From positions 14,135 to 78,134 of the forward strand of contig NZ_CAXXQI010000004.1 in the NCBI RefSeq assembly GCF_958439165.2: a stretch of DNA of 64,000 nt, written 5' to 3'. Made by a program: the position numbers and the translations under genes. Of the stretch, positions 11,978 through 25,370 are shown in pieces. Each line of letters starts with the position of its first letter. The stretch's first letter is position 1. The notes below the pieces were generated by a model, which had not been told where the DNA came from, did not search any database, and saw only the letters and a program-made list of their open reading frames with translations. This DNA comes from an uncultured Hydrogenophaga sp. (GTDB lineage Bacteria > Pseudomonadota > Gammaproteobacteria > Burkholderiales > Burkholderiaceae_C).

Positions 11978-13225
11978 TCAGGAACGGTAGTCGGCGTTGA
12001 TGGTCACATAGTCGTGGCTGAAGTCGCAGGTCCAGACCGTCTCGCTGGACTGACCGCGGCCCAGGCCCACCCGGACCAGGATCTCGGCCGCCTTCATCAC
12101 GCGCTGGCCGTCTTCCTCCCGGTAGTCCGGATGGCGACCGCCCTGGCGCACCACATGCACATCGCCCAGGTGGAGGTCGATGCCGCCGACCTCCAGATCG
12201 TCGATGCCGGCGTACCCGACAGCGGCCAGGATGCGTCCCAGGTTGGGGTCGCTGGCAAAGAAAGCCGTCTTGACGAGCGGCGAATGGGCGATGGCGTAGG
12301 CGGCCTTCAGGCATTCGCCGGCGTCGCGGCCACCTTCCACCGTGATGGTGATGAACTTGGTTGCACCCTCGCCATCGCGCACGATGGCGTGGGCGAGCTG
12401 CTGGGCCAGCGGCATCAGGGCCGCCAGGAGTGCCTGCCCGACTTCGCTGTCCAGATCGGTGACCGGCGGGTTGCCCGCATGGCCGGTGGCCATCACCACG
12501 AAGGAATCGTTGGTGCTGGTGTCGCCATCGACCGTCACACGGTTGAACGACCGATCGGCGAGTCGCCGCGCCAGCTCGTTCATGAGCGCGGGCGCCACCG
12601 CCGCATCGGTGGCCAGGAATCCGAGCATGGTGGCCATGTTGGGGCGGATCATGCCGGCGCCCTTGGCGATCCCGGTCGCCCTGGCGGCATGGCCGCCCAC
12701 CGAGAACTGCACGCTGGCGGCCTTGGGCAGCGTGTCGGTGGTCATGATGCCTTCGGCGGCCGACAGCCATTGGGCTCCGGTTTCTTCCTGCGCCAGGGCA
12801 GCGTCGGCCAGTGCGCCCGGCAGGCCGGCCAGCAGGCGGTCCATGGGCAGGGGCTCCATGATCACGCCGGTCGAGAAGGGCAGCACCTGCTCGTGCGCGA
12901 CCTGCAGGCAGCGGGCCAGCGCGGTGCAGGTCTGGCGTGCGTGTGCAAGGCCGGGCTCCCCGGTGCCCGCATTTGCATTGCCGGTGTTGATGACCAGAGC
13001 GCGCACGCCCTGCCCCGCTGCCAGATGTTCACGGCAGACCTGCACAGGGGCTGCTGCGTAGCGGTTGCGGGTGAAGACGGCACCCACGGCGCAGCCCTCA
13101 TCCAGCAGGAAGACGGTGAGGTCCTTGCGATGGGCCTTGCGGATGCCGGCCTGCGCGACACCGATACGCACGCCAGGAACCGGCAGCAGATCGCCGACGG
13201 CAGGGGCAGACAGGAGAACGGGCAT
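11978..13225 (-). CDS. argJ: Ornithine acetyltransferase ArgJ
   Basis: [40 protein letters not shown]. Confidence 0.97.
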   Translation of the reverse strand: MPVLLSAPAVGDLLPVPGVRIGVAQAGIRKAHRKDLTVFLLDEGCAVGAVFTRNRYAAAPVQVCREHLAAGQGVRALVINTGNANAGTGEPGLAHARQTCTALARCLQVAHEQVLPFSTGVIMEPLPMDRLLAGLPGALADAALAQEETGAQWLSAAEGIMTTDTLPKAASVQFSVGGHAARATGIAKGAGMIRPNMATMLGFLATDAAVAPALMNELARRLADRSFNRVTVDGDTSTNDSFVVMATGHAGNPPVTDLDSEVGQALLAALMPLAQQLAHAIVRDGEGATKFITITVEGGRDAGECLKAAYAIAHSPLVKTAFFASDPNLGRILAAVGYAGIDDLEVGGIDLHLGDVHVVRQGGRHPDYREEDGQRVMKAAEILVRVGLGRGQSSETVWTCDFSHDYVTINADYRS

Positions 13226-13258
13226 GGAGCCTCCAGGGAGATGCAGCGAACGCGATGT

Positions 13259-16003
<2,745 letters not shown>

Positions 16004-16169
16004 ACATGCGGGCCCGCCCGCATGCAGCATGCATGCCGGCCAGGCTGGAAATTCAATGGAATGCGTCCGGCTGGGACGCGCTGAGGGAGGTCAAGACACC
16101 CCAGGTTCCGACGGGTGCAGTCTGACTGGACAAGGACTGCATTTTACCCATCGGACCCCTGGCGCTCCG

Positions 16170-17117
16170 TCAATGGCGATGCGGCGGAGACTGAGCCCTC
16201 AGGTTGGCCACGGTCGGGTTCGAGGCCAGGAATCGAGCCGGGTTTTGAGGCACGCCGGCCACAAGCACCTCGAAATGCAGATGGGGGCCCGTGGAGCGGC
16301 CGGACGAACCGACCTCGGCGATCAGGTCGCCGCGTTTGACGATATCGCCCTTCTTCACCAGCACCTTGGAGGCATGGGCGTACCGGGTCGAGATGTTGTT
16401 GCCGTGATCGATCTCGACCATGTGGCCGTAGGCAGGGTGGAACTCCTGCACCAGCACCACACCGCCGGCGGCCGCCACGATCGGCGTGCCGACGTCGGCC
16501 GGGAAATCGACCCCGGTGTGCATGGCCTGCTGACCGGTGAACGGGTCGATCCGTAACCCGAATCGCGAACCCAGTTCCACATCCTTGACCGGCAGCTCCG
16601 TGGGAATGAGCGAACGCTGGATCGTCTGGTCGAACAAACGCGACTCGATGACCGTCAGCCAGTCGACCCGCTCGGTGGCCGACCGATCCAGCTGGTCCAT
16701 GGCCTGGCCCAGGTCGCTCATGTCCAGCGGACGAGGGCCGACCAGCAACCCGCCGCTGCCAGGGGTGGCGCGGACTTCCGCTGGATTCAGACCGGCGAGC
16801 CCCGCAACCCGCTCGCCTAGGGAGTCGATCTGCAGCATCCGCGCCTGCATCTCGCCCAGGCGCCGTGCCATGGCGTCGATGTTGGCGCGCATGTGGGCAT
16901 CCTGCAGGGCTGCCTGATCGCGTTGAACCAGACGGGCCACGGATGCGAAGCCGGGCCAGCCCTGACGGATGCCCTCGAGGAAGACCCAGTGGTAAGCGGC
17001 CACCGAACCCAGCATCAGCATCAGGGAAGCCATGCATGCAGCGGCCAGCAGCTTCCAGCCATTGAGGTGCATGGCCTGGGTTCGAGCCAGCCAGGCGTCC
17101 GTGATAATGATGTGCAC
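16170..17117 (-). CDS. M23 family metallopeptidase
   Basis: HTGVD, YAH, STGPHLHFEV; N-terminal TM plus coiled coil; GTG start inferred. Confidence 0.92.
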   Translation of the reverse strand: MHIIITDAWLARTQAMHLNGWKLLAAACMASLMLMLGSVAAYHWVFLEGIRQGWPGFASVARLVQRDQAALQDAHMRANIDAMARRLGEMQARMLQIDSLGERVAGLAGLNPAEVRATPGSGGLLVGPRPLDMSDLGQAMDQLDRSATERVDWLTVIESRLFDQTIQRSLIPTELPVKDVELGSRFGLRIDPFTGQQAMHTGVDFPADVGTPIVAAAGGVVLVQEFHPAYGHMVEIDHGNNISTRYAHASKVLVKKGDIVKRGDLIAEVGSSGRSTGPHLHFEVLVAGVPQNPARFLASNPTVANLRAQSPPHRH

Positions 17118-17164
17118 GCTGCTTCCTTTCTCTCGGGCCGCGTCCAGGTTGCCCCGCCACGACC

Positions 17165-17482
17165 ATGCCACTGCCCTATCGCTCACCGCACGTGTTCAGC
17201 CTGGAGGAAGCCGCCGGGGCCGCTCCTCCGCTGGCCGCCCTCCACCAGCGCATCCGCCAGTCCGACTGGTGTCTCCAGCAGATCAGTCCGCTGATTCCTT
17301 CTGCCTTGCGCCCGCACGTGGTCGCCGGCCCGCTGGAAGAAGGCGACTGGTGCCTGCTTGTCAGGAGCACCGCTGCTTCGACCAAGCTCCGACAGCTGCT
17401 GCCCCGCTTTCTGGAGCAGTTGCGCACGGCGGGAGCGCAGGTTAGCTCAATACGTATCAAAGTCCAATCGACCGGTCGCTGA
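17165..17482 (+). CDS. DciA/DUF721-family protein (helicase-loader-like)
   Basis: Size, AASTKLRQLLP and IRIKVQ motifs, divergent position next to M23-secA. Confidence 0.65.
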   Translation: MPLPYRSPHVFSLEEAAGAAPPLAALHQRIRQSDWCLQQISPLIPSALRPHVVAGPLEEGDWCLLVRSTAASTKLRQLLPRFLEQLRTAGAQVSSIRIKVQSTGR

Positions 17483-17508
17483 GCACCGACACCCTCGGGG
17501 CAACGCTC

Positions 17509-17584
<76 letters not shown>

Positions 17585-17615
17585 AGCTTTGACTGGGAAC
17601 GGGCAATTTTACGGT

Positions 17616-18089
17616 TCACTTGACCCGCTTGAGCTGCGGGCGTCCCGCAGGCCGATCAGGGCCAGGATCCGACGGGTCGGACGGCTCGTCGGTGTTCGAT
17701 TCGACCGCCACCGCCAGCGGTGGCGTGGTCGCTGGCTGAAGCGCAACCGGCGTGGCCGGTGCCGGGGGCGGCGCGGGGAAGGCCATGCCCTGCCCGTTTT
17801 CGCGGGCATAGATGGCGATCACATGGGAGACCGGGATGATGATCTCTCGTGCCACCCCGGCGAACCGGGCCTTGAACTCGATGTACTCGTTCCCGAGCCG
17901 AAGACCGCTCGTGGCATCCATGCTCACGTCGAGAACGATCTCGCCGTTCTTGACGAACTCCATCGGCACCTGCACCGACGCATCCACCTGCACGGCAATG
18001 TAGGGGGACAGTCCGTTGTCCGCGCACCATTCGTGCAACGCGCGGATCAGGTACGGGCGGGTGGACGAGACGGGCGCTTCGCTGCTCAT
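17616..18089 (-). CDS. sspB: ClpXP adaptor SspB
   Basis: RPYLIRALHEW, IYARENGQG, C-terminal PQLKRVK ClpX-binding tail. Confidence 0.96.
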   Translation of the reverse strand: MSSEAPVSSTRPYLIRALHEWCADNGLSPYIAVQVDASVQVPMEFVKNGEIVLDVSMDATSGLRLGNEYIEFKARFAGVAREIIIPVSHVIAIYARENGQGMAFPAPPPAPATPVALQPATTPPLAVAVESNTDEPSDPSDPGPDRPAGRPQLKRVK

Positions 18090-18100
18090 GGGCCCGCCGT

Positions 18101-18712
18101 TTACTTGCGCATGACCTTTTCGGACGGGGTCAGTGCCTCGATGTAGGCAGGACGCGAGAAGATGCGTTCGGCGTACTTGAGCAGCGGGGCAGCGTTCTTG
18201 CTGAGTTCGATGCCGTAGAAGTCCAGGCGCCAGAGCAACGGTGCGATGGCCACATCGAGCATCGAGAAGTTGTCGCCCAGCATGAACTTGTTCTTCATGA
18301 ACACGGGAGCGAGCTGGGTGAGGCGGTCGCGGATGTGGGACCGCGCCTTCTCGAGCGCCTTGTCGTTGCCCTTGCTGGTGCGCGACTCGAGGGTGGAGAC
18401 ATGCGTGAACAGCTCCTTCTCGAAGTTGAGCAGGAAAAGACGCACGCGGGCCCGGTCCACCGGGTCGCCCGGCATCAGCTGGGGATGCGGAAAACGCTCA
18501 TCGATGTACTCGTTGATGATGTTCGACTCGTACAGGATCAGATCGCGCTCGACCAGGATCGGCACCTGGCCATACGGGTTCATGACACTGATGTCCTCGG
18601 GCTTGTTGTAGAGGTCCACATCGCGAATCTCGAAGTCCATGCCCTTCTCGAACAGGACGAATCGGCAGCGATGCGAATAGGGGCAAGTGGTACCCGAGTA
18701 CAAGACCATCAT
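18101..18712 (-). CDS. sspA: Stringent starvation protein A (GST fold)
   Basis: LYESNIINEYIDERFPHP; petC-sspA-sspB synteny. Confidence 0.95.
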   Translation of the reverse strand: MMVLYSGTTCPYSHRCRFVLFEKGMDFEIRDVDLYNKPEDISVMNPYGQVPILVERDLILYESNIINEYIDERFPHPQLMPGDPVDRARVRLFLLNFEKELFTHVSTLESRTSKGNDKALEKARSHIRDRLTQLAPVFMKNKFMLGDNFSMLDVAIAPLLWRLDFYGIELSKNAAPLLKYAERIFSRPAYIEALTPSEKVMRK

Positions 18713-18732
18713 GGGGGGAGGCTCCTCAAAGC

Positions 18733-18781
18733 AAAAAACAGTGGCTTGCCGACGTGCCCATCAGGCACCGCAAACCACTGT
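18733..18781 (-). terminator. Intrinsic terminator between petC and sspA
   Basis: 12-bp lower stem (one G-U pair on minus strand), upper GTGCC/GGCAC stem, followed by T6. Confidence 0.65.
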
Positions 18782-18831
18782 GGTCAGAACCCCTGTCGTC
18801 CACCGGGGACGGACAGGGATCGGCGGGACAG

Positions 18832-19587
18832 TTACTTGATGTCTTTCCAGAAGACGGCATTCAGACGCCAGGCAACCACCGTGAACGCAGCCAGGAAGAT
18901 GAGCACCCACACACCGATGCGGACACGGCTGTTTTGCGCCGGCTCGGCCATCCACTGCAGGTAGGCCACCAGGTCGCCCACGTTCTGGTCGAACTCGGCC
19001 TGCGTCATGGTGCCCGGCTTGGTCTGGGTCCAGCCCTTGAGCACCTCGACTTCCTGACCATGGCTCGTGACCTTCTCGTAGACCGGAGCCTGCTCACCCT
19101 GCAGCTGCCAGAGCGGGTTGGGCATGCCGATGTTCGGGTAAGCCTTGTTGTTCCAGCCGGTGGGCTTGGTCTCGTCGCGGTAGTAGGTGCGCAGCAGGGT
19201 GTAGATGTAGTCGGAACCGGGGCCGGCACGGCTGGAGCGCGAACGCGCCACCAGGGTGAGGTCGGGCGGCACCTTGCCGAACCAGGCCTTGGCATCGGCC
19301 GGGCTGATGTTGGCCTTCATGGTGTCACCGATCTTGTCGGTGGTGAAGGTCAGGTTTTCAGCGATCTGCTTGTCGTTCAGGCCGATGTCGCGCAGGCGGT
19401 TGTACCGCATGAAAGCTGCCGAGTGGCAGTTCAGGCAGTAGTTGACGAACAGCTTGGCACCGTTCTGCAGGGCGGCCATGTCGTTGGTGCGCTTGGGCGC
19501 CTGGTCGTACGGGATCGACGGACCGGCTGCCAGAGCCGCGCCCGACAGACCGAACGACAGCATGAGGCCCAGGAGGATTTTTTTCAT
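18832..19587 (-). CDS. petC: Cytochrome c1
   Basis: Signal peptide, CLNCH heme motif, PPDLTL, C-terminal TM anchor. Confidence 0.96.
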   Translation of the reverse strand: MKKILLGLMLSFGLSGAALAAGPSIPYDQAPKRTNDMAALQNGAKLFVNYCLNCHSAAFMRYNRLRDIGLNDKQIAENLTFTTDKIGDTMKANISPADAKAWFGKVPPDLTLVARSRSSRAGPGSDYIYTLLRTYYRDETKPTGWNNKAYPNIGMPNPLWQLQGEQAPVYEKVTSHGQEVEVLKGWTQTKPGTMTQAEFDQNVGDLVAYLQWMAEPAQNSRVRIGVWVLIFLAAFTVVAWRLNAVFWKDIK

Positions 19588-19619
19588 GGGGATGACTCTC
19601 GGAAAGGCTCTCTGGGCGT

Positions 19620-21020
19620 TCAGTGGGGCTGGAAGGTGACGCGGCTGGGCACCGGCTTGAAGTCGCCCAGACGGCTCCACCACGGCATCAGCAGGAAGAA
19701 GCCGAAGTAGAACAGGGTACCCACTTGCGACACACGCTCGCCGATCGGGGACGGCGGCAACACGCCCAGGTAGCCCAGAACCAGGAAATTCACCACGAAC
19801 ACGGCGTACAGCCACTTGTTCCAGGTCGGGCGGTAGCGGATCGACCGGACCGGGCTGTTGTCGAGCCAGGGCAGGAAGAACAGGATGACCACAGCGCCAC
19901 CCATCACGACCACGCCCCAGAACTTGGCGTCGATCGACAGCATGGCAGCGCTGACTGCCACGGCGCCCAGGACGATGCCGCCCTTCAGGGCCGCAGCAAC
20001 CTTGGCCTTGAGCACACCCAGGACCGCGCCCAGCACCACGCAGGCCACCAGCACGTACATCATCTCGGCGGTGATGGCGCGCAGCATGGAGTAGTACGGG
20101 GTGAAGTACCAGACCGGCGCGATGTGCAGCGGCGTGGTCAGCGGATCGGCCGGAATGAAGTTGTTGTACTCGAGGAAGTAGCCGCCGAACTCGGGGGCGA
20201 AGAACACCACGGCCGAGAAGATCATCAGGAACACCGACACGCCCAGGATGTCGTGGACGGTGTAGTACGGGTGGAACGGGATGCCGTCCACCGGCTTGCC
20301 GGTGGCGTCCTTGTTGGCCTTGATCTCCACACCGTCGGGGTTGTTGGAACCCACTTCGTGCAGCGCGATGATGTGCGCCACCACCAGGCCCAGCAGCACC
20401 AGCGGCACGGCGATCACGTGGAAGCTGAAGAAGCGGTTCAGGGTGGCATCGCCCACCACGAAGTCACCACGGATCAGCAGCGCCAGGTCGGGACCAATGA
20501 AGGGAACGGCAGAGAACAGGTTCACGATCACCTGTGCGCCCCAGTAGGACATCTGGCCCCACGGCAGCAGGTAGCCCATGAAGGCCTCGGCCATCAGGCA
20601 CAGGAAGATGGCGCAACCGAACACCCATACCAGCTCGCGCGGCTTGCGGTAGCTGCCGTAGATGAGACCGCGGAACATGTGCAGGTACACCACGACGAAG
20701 AAGGCCGAGGCGCCGGTGGAGTGCATGTAACGGATCAGCCAGCCCCAGGGCACGTCGCGCATGATGTACTCGACGGAGGCGAATGCCAGATTCGCATCCG
20801 GCTTGTAGTGCATCACCAGGAAGATGCCGGTGACGATCTGGATCACCAGCACCAGCAGTGCCAGGGAGCCGAAGAAGTACCAGAAATTGAAGTTCTTCGG
20901 TGCGTAGTACTCGGCCAGGTGCTCGTTGTAGAGCTTGGACAGCGGGAACCGGTTGTCGATCCAGTTCAACGCCTTCTCGCCCATCGGGGCGTCAGCGGAG
21001 ATTTCTTTGAATTGAGCCAT
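19620..21020 (-). CDS. petB: Cytochrome b
   Basis: WLIRYMH, PWGQMSYWG, PVWY Qo motif. Confidence 0.97.
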   Translation of the reverse strand: MAQFKEISADAPMGEKALNWIDNRFPLSKLYNEHLAEYYAPKNFNFWYFFGSLALLVLVIQIVTGIFLVMHYKPDANLAFASVEYIMRDVPWGWLIRYMHSTGASAFFVVVYLHMFRGLIYGSYRKPRELVWVFGCAIFLCLMAEAFMGYLLPWGQMSYWGAQVIVNLFSAVPFIGPDLALLIRGDFVVGDATLNRFFSFHVIAVPLVLLGLVVAHIIALHEVGSNNPDGVEIKANKDATGKPVDGIPFHPYYTVHDILGVSVFLMIFSAVVFFAPEFGGYFLEYNNFIPADPLTTPLHIAPVWYFTPYYSMLRAITAEMMYVLVACVVLGAVLGVLKAKVAAALKGGIVLGAVAVSAAMLSIDAKFWGVVVMGGAVVILFFLPWLDNSPVRSIRYRPTWNKWLYAVFVVNFLVLGYLGVLPPSPIGERVSQVGTLFYFGFFLLMPWWSRLGDFKPVPSRVTFQPH

Positions 21021-21067
21021 GGGATGCCTCTGGATTCAGGGGACTGTGCGGGATGGCAATCGGCCGA

Positions 21068-21685
21068 TCAGGCCGTCTTCTCTTCACCGACAAGCAGCAT
21101 CGTGTCCGACACGAAGTGATGGGGCGGCACTTCGAGGTTGTCGGGAGCAGGCTTGTTCTTGAACACGCGCCCGGCCACGTCGAAGGTGGAGCCGTGGCAG
21201 GCGCAGAGGAAACCGCCCTTCCAGTTGTCGGGCAGCGAGGGCTGCGGACCCGGGGTGAGCTTGTCGGCGGGGGAGCAACCCAGGTGGGTGCAGATGCCGA
21301 CGGTCACCAGGAATTCGGGCTTGATCGAACGGTGGCGGTTCTTGGCGTACTCGGGGGTCGGGACCGCAGTGCGCTCGGAATTGGGATCGGCCAGGTCGGC
21401 TTCGATCGCGTCCAGGGTGGCGAGCTGCTCGGGGGTGCGGCGCATGATCCACACCGGCTTGCCCCGCCACTCGACCACCACCTTCTCGCCCGGGGCGATC
21501 CCGGACACATCCACTTCGACCGCGGCACCGGCAGCCTTGGCCCGCTCGGACGGCTGGAAGGTGCTCACGAAGGGGACGGCGACGGCTGCAGCGCCCACGC
21601 CACCCATGGCGCAGGAGGTGATCAGCCAGGTACGGCGGCTGCTATCCACGGCGCCGGAGCCTTTGTTGGCAGTAGCTTCACTCAT
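21068..21685 (-). CDS. petA: Rieske iron-sulfur subunit
   Basis: SRRTWL Tat anchor, CTHLGC and CACHGS boxes. Confidence 0.97.
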   Translation of the reverse strand: MSEATANKGSGAVDSSRRTWLITSCAMGGVGAAAVAVPFVSTFQPSERAKAAGAAVEVDVSGIAPGEKVVVEWRGKPVWIMRRTPEQLATLDAIEADLADPNSERTAVPTPEYAKNRHRSIKPEFLVTVGICTHLGCSPADKLTPGPQPSLPDNWKGGFLCACHGSTFDVAGRVFKNKPAPDNLEVPPHHFVSDTMLLVGEEKTA

Positions 21686-21908
21686 GGGATTCTTTCAGGG
21701 AACGGACGAGGACATTGGGGACAACCCGGCATTGTACTGGACACCCGGTGGCACCACCCCTTGCCTGGGTGCCTTACTAAGGTACCGCCTCAGCCCCTCA
21801 GGCAGGGACTGCAGCCGGGATCGGCACACCGGCGCTATGTGAGAATGAACCGGGCCCGGCAGCTCGGCCGAGGTTTAACAGCTCTATTTCACCGAGGAGG
21901 AGAAAACC

Positions 21909-22337
21909 ATGGGAATGCTTCAGGAATTCAAGGAATTTGCGGTCAAGGGCAACGTGATCGATCTGGCGGTCGGTGTGATCATCGGCGGCGCCTTCGGCAA
22001 GATCGTCACCTCCATGGTGGAGGACGTGATCATGCCGCTGGTGGGTGCCGTCTTCGGCAGGCTGGACTTCAGCAACCTGTTCGTCCCGCTGGCACAGGTG
22101 CCGGAGGGAACCGCCCGCACCCTGGCGGCCATGAAGGCGGCCGGCGTCCCCGTGTTCGCCTACGGCAGCTTCATCACGGTGGCGATCAATTTCGCCATCA
22201 TGGCCTTCATCATCTTCATCATGGTCAAGCAGATCAACCGGCTGAAGCGGGAAACCCCCCCGGCTCCGGCCGCTGAGCCGACCACTCCCGAAGACATTGC
22301 CCTGCTGCGGGAAATCAGGGACAGCCTGAAGAAGTGA
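21909..22337 (+). CDS. mscL: Large-conductance mechanosensitive channel
   Basis: [28 protein letters not shown]; GAGGAG SD. Confidence 0.97.
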   Translation: MGMLQEFKEFAVKGNVIDLAVGVIIGGAFGKIVTSMVEDVIMPLVGAVFGRLDFSNLFVPLAQVPEGTARTLAAMKAAGVPVFAYGSFITVAINFAIMAFIIFIMVKQINRLKRETPPAPAAEPTTPEDIALLREIRDSLKK

Positions 22338-23352
22338 AGGTCCGGGCCGCTTCCATGGCGGCCAGAAAGCTGGCCGGGCTCGCCCGGCCCTCCCAGGCGA
22401 TGTCGAAGGCGGTACCGTGGTCGGGGCTGGTCCGCACCAAGGGCAGCCCGAGGGTGGTGTTGACGCCATCGTCGAGCCCGAGGAGCTTGACCGGGATGAG
22501 GCCCTGGTCGTGGTATTGCGCCACGACCAGGTCGAAGGCGCCCTGACGGGCCCGCATGAACACGGTGTCGGGCGGGTGCGGGCCACTGACATCCATGCCC
22601 TCTGCCTGCAAGGCGCGGACCACTGGCGCGATCACCTCGATATCTTCCCTGCCGAAGAGACCGCCCTCCCCCGCATGCGGGTTGAGGCCCGCCACCGCCA
22701 CGCGTGGCCGGGCCATGCCGCCGCGCAGGAAGTGGGCATGGGCGATGCGTACGGTCTCCTCCAGCCGGACGGGCGTGAGCAGCTCGATGGCCTCCCGCAA
22801 GGCCACATGGATGCTGACGAGCACCACGCTGAGCCCCGGGCAACTCAGCATCATCCGCACCGGCATCCGGTCGACCGGCACGCCGGCGTGGCGGGCAGCG
22901 AGGTGCTGCAGCAACTCGGTATGACCGGGGTGTTCGATGCCGGCAGCGGCCAGCGCCTCCTTGTGGACCGGCGCAGTGACGAGACCACGCCCGCGACCGG
23001 CCAGCACCTCGCCGGCAGCCGCCACGACGGATTCGGCCGCGGCTTTCCCCGCCGTGGCGCTCACGCGCCGCACGGGAAACTCGCCGACCGGTCCGCACGC
23101 CTGCCACAGCACCAGCGAACCCGCCGGCACCGCTGCCGCATCGGCGATCGAGCCGACCACGACCAGGGCCGGCATGTCGTGCCGGTCGGCAGCCTCCCCG
23201 GCCACCAGGGCCAGGGCCCTGTGCATGACGCCGGCATCTCCGCAGATCACCGCATCGCCCCGCAGCTCCGGCCTTTGCAGCAGCGCTCGGACAACGATCT
23301 CCGGTCCGATGCCGGCCGGGTCACCCATGGAAATCAGGATCGGCGGACGCAT
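22315..23352 (-). CDS. pdxA: 4-hydroxythreonine-4-phosphate dehydrogenase (PdxA family)
   Basis: [34 protein letters not shown]. Confidence 0.93.
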   Translation of the reverse strand: MRPPILISMGDPAGIGPEIVVRALLQRPELRGDAVICGDAGVMHRALALVAGEAADRHDMPALVVVGSIADAAAVPAGSLVLWQACGPVGEFPVRRVSATAGKAAAESVVAAAGEVLAGRGRGLVTAPVHKEALAAAGIEHPGHTELLQHLAARHAGVPVDRMPVRMMLSCPGLSVVLVSIHVALREAIELLTPVRLEETVRIAHAHFLRGGMARPRVAVAGLNPHAGEGGLFGREDIEVIAPVVRALQAEGMDVSGPHPPDTVFMRARQGAFDLVVAQYHDQGLIPVKLLGLDDGVNTTLGLPLVRTSPDHGTAFDIAWEGRASPASFLAAMEAARTFTSSGCP

Positions 23353-23357
23353 GACGC

Positions 23358-24125
23358 TCAGGCCGGATTGGGAATGTCGACGAACCGATGCTCAAGGCCC
23401 AGCGACCGGGCCACCTGCTCCGCCACGGCGGGGGCGCCATAGCGCTCGGTGGCGTGGTGCCCGCAGGCCAGGTAGGCCACACCGCATTCGCGGGCGTAGT
23501 GGGCCTGGGGTTCGGAAATCTCGCCGGTGATGAAGGCATCCGCACCGGCGGCGATCGCTGCCTCGAAATACCCCTGGGCACCACCGGTGCACAGCGCGAT
23601 CCGCCGAACAGGCCGATCGGGTTCGGCGACCAGCGTCACCGGCCGAGCCAGGCAAGCGGTCACATGGTCGGCCAGCGCGCGGGCCGAGGGCTCCTTCCGC
23701 TGGCCGATCAGGCCCAGCTGCTGATCGCCGAACCGCCCCATGGGTGCCGGCTCCGGCTCGATCCCCAACACCCGGGCGAGCTGGGCGTTGTTGCCGAGTT
23801 CCGGATGGGCGTCCAGCGGAAGGTGATAGGCCCACAGGTTGATGTCATGTTTCAGCAGCAGCGACAGCCGCTGCTTCATCCAGCCGGTGACCCGGCCGTC
23901 CTGTCCCCGCCAGAAGAGCCCGTGGTGCACGAAGATGGCATCGGCCTCTGCCTCGATCGCTGCTTCGATCAATGCCCGGCTCGCGGTCACACCCGAGACG
24001 ATGCGCCGAACGGCGGGCTTGCCTTCCACCTGCAGTCCGTTGGGGCCGTAATCCTTGAAGCGGCCGGGCTCGAGCAGCCCGTCGAATGCCAGGGTGAGTT
24101 GTTCGCGCGGAATCGATGACGTCAT
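23358..24125 (-). CDS. Nif3-like dinuclear metal hexameric protein (YbgI)
   Basis: DYGPNGLQVEG, HHG, YHLPLDAH..GNN, GHHATE. Confidence 0.93.
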   Translation of the reverse strand: MTSSIPREQLTLAFDGLLEPGRFKDYGPNGLQVEGKPAVRRIVSGVTASRALIEAAIEAEADAIFVHHGLFWRGQDGRVTGWMKQRLSLLLKHDINLWAYHLPLDAHPELGNNAQLARVLGIEPEPAPMGRFGDQQLGLIGQRKEPSARALADHVTACLARPVTLVAEPDRPVRRIALCTGGAQGYFEAAIAAGADAFITGEISEPQAHYARECGVAYLACGHHATERYGAPAVAEQVARSLGLEHRFVDIPNPA

Positions 24126-24185
24126 GTTCGGATGGGATGCGGCCGGACACCGGTGTGGCACTGGCGGATACGGGAGAATACCGAC

Positions 24186-25337
24186 ATGAAACGACTCTGG
24201 CTCCTGTTCGCGCAAACCGTCACCGTGCTGGTGGGCATTCTTTTTGTCGTGGCGACCCTGCAGCCGCAGTGGCTGGGCAGGTCCAGCCAGCGGGGGCTTT
24301 CGGTCATCCCGGTGTTCGAGGCACCGGCGGGCAACAGCGCCGGCGGCGGCACCGGCAGCTTCCGCGAGGCGGCCAAACTGGCATCTCCGGCCGTGGTCAG
24401 CATCAACACCAGCAAAGCCCCCACCGACAACCCGCACGCCAACGACCCGTGGTTCCGGTTCTTCTTCGGTGACCAGGCCCCCTCGCAGCCCCAGTCAGGT
24501 CTGGGATCGGGCGTCATCGTCAGCCCGGCCGGCTACATACTGACCAACAACCACGTCATCGAGGAAGCCGACGAGATCCAGGTCATCCTGAATGACGGGC
24601 GCCAGACCGTGGCCCAGGTGATCGGCACCGACCCCGAAACCGACCTCGCCATCCTCAAGATCGGGCTGACCGACCTGCCGGTCATCACGCTGGGGCAATC
24701 GGACGAGCTGCAGATCGGGGATCAGGTGCTGGCCATCGGCAACCCCTTTGGCGTGGGCCAGACCGTGACCAGCGGCATCGTGAGCGCGCTCGGGCGCACC
24801 CAGCTCGGCATCAACACCTTCGAGAACTTCATCCAGACCGATGCAGCCATCAACCCGGGCAACTCCGGCGGGGCACTGGTGGACAACGGCGGGCGTCTGA
24901 TGGGCATCAACACCGCGATCTATTCACGCTCCGGCGGCTCGATGGGCATCGGTTTTGCGATTCCCACCTCCACCGCCCGCACCGTCATGGAGGCCATCGT
25001 GAAGGACGGGAAGGTCACCCGGGGCTGGATCGGCGTGGAACCTCAGGAGCTCAGCCCGGAACTGGCCGAGAGCTTCGGCGTGCGCTCGGGTCAGGGCGTG
25101 ATCATCACGGGGGTCTTGCAGAACGGGCCGGCGGCCCAGGCCGGCATGCGTCCCGGCGATGTGGTGATGGCCGTGGCCGGCCGCGAGGTCAAGACCGTGC
25201 CGGACCTGCTGGCCGCCGTGGCCGCGTTGCCGCCAGGCCAGAAGGCCACGCTCGACGTGCAGCGGCGTGAAGCTGCCATGAAGATCGATGTCGTGCCCGG
25301 GCAGCGCAACGTGCAGCGCAACACGGCGCCCCGTTGA
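24186..25337 (+). CDS. HtrA/DegS-like serine protease with one PDZ domain
   Basis: TNNHV, DPETDLA, GNSGG catalytic triad; N-terminal anchor. Confidence 0.92.
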   Translation: MKRLWLLFAQTVTVLVGILFVVATLQPQWLGRSSQRGLSVIPVFEAPAGNSAGGGTGSFREAAKLASPAVVSINTSKAPTDNPHANDPWFRFFFGDQAPSQPQSGLGSGVIVSPAGYILTNNHVIEEADEIQVILNDGRQTVAQVIGTDPETDLAILKIGLTDLPVITLGQSDELQIGDQVLAIGNPFGVGQTVTSGIVSALGRTQLGINTFENFIQTDAAINPGNSGGALVDNGGRLMGINTAIYSRSGGSMGIGFAIPTSTARTVMEAIVKDGKVTRGWIGVEPQELSPELAESFGVRSGQGVIITGVLQNGPAAQAGMRPGDVVMAVAGREVKTVPDLLAAVAALPPGQKATLDVQRREAAMKIDVVPGQRNVQRNTAPR

Positions 25338-25370
25338 ATCTGCCCGTTCCGTGTACCCGCCCGTTGCGGA

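Noticed and set aside
18003-18135. GGGGACAG / GGGGTCAG matches inside sspB and sspA
   Set aside because: Within coding sequence, no hairpin partner, expected by chance at this GC content
22315-22337. Convergent 3' overlaps (mscL/pdxA; also mrcA/cyaY and lysA/msrQ)
   Set aside because: Short tail overlaps are common in compact GC-rich genomes
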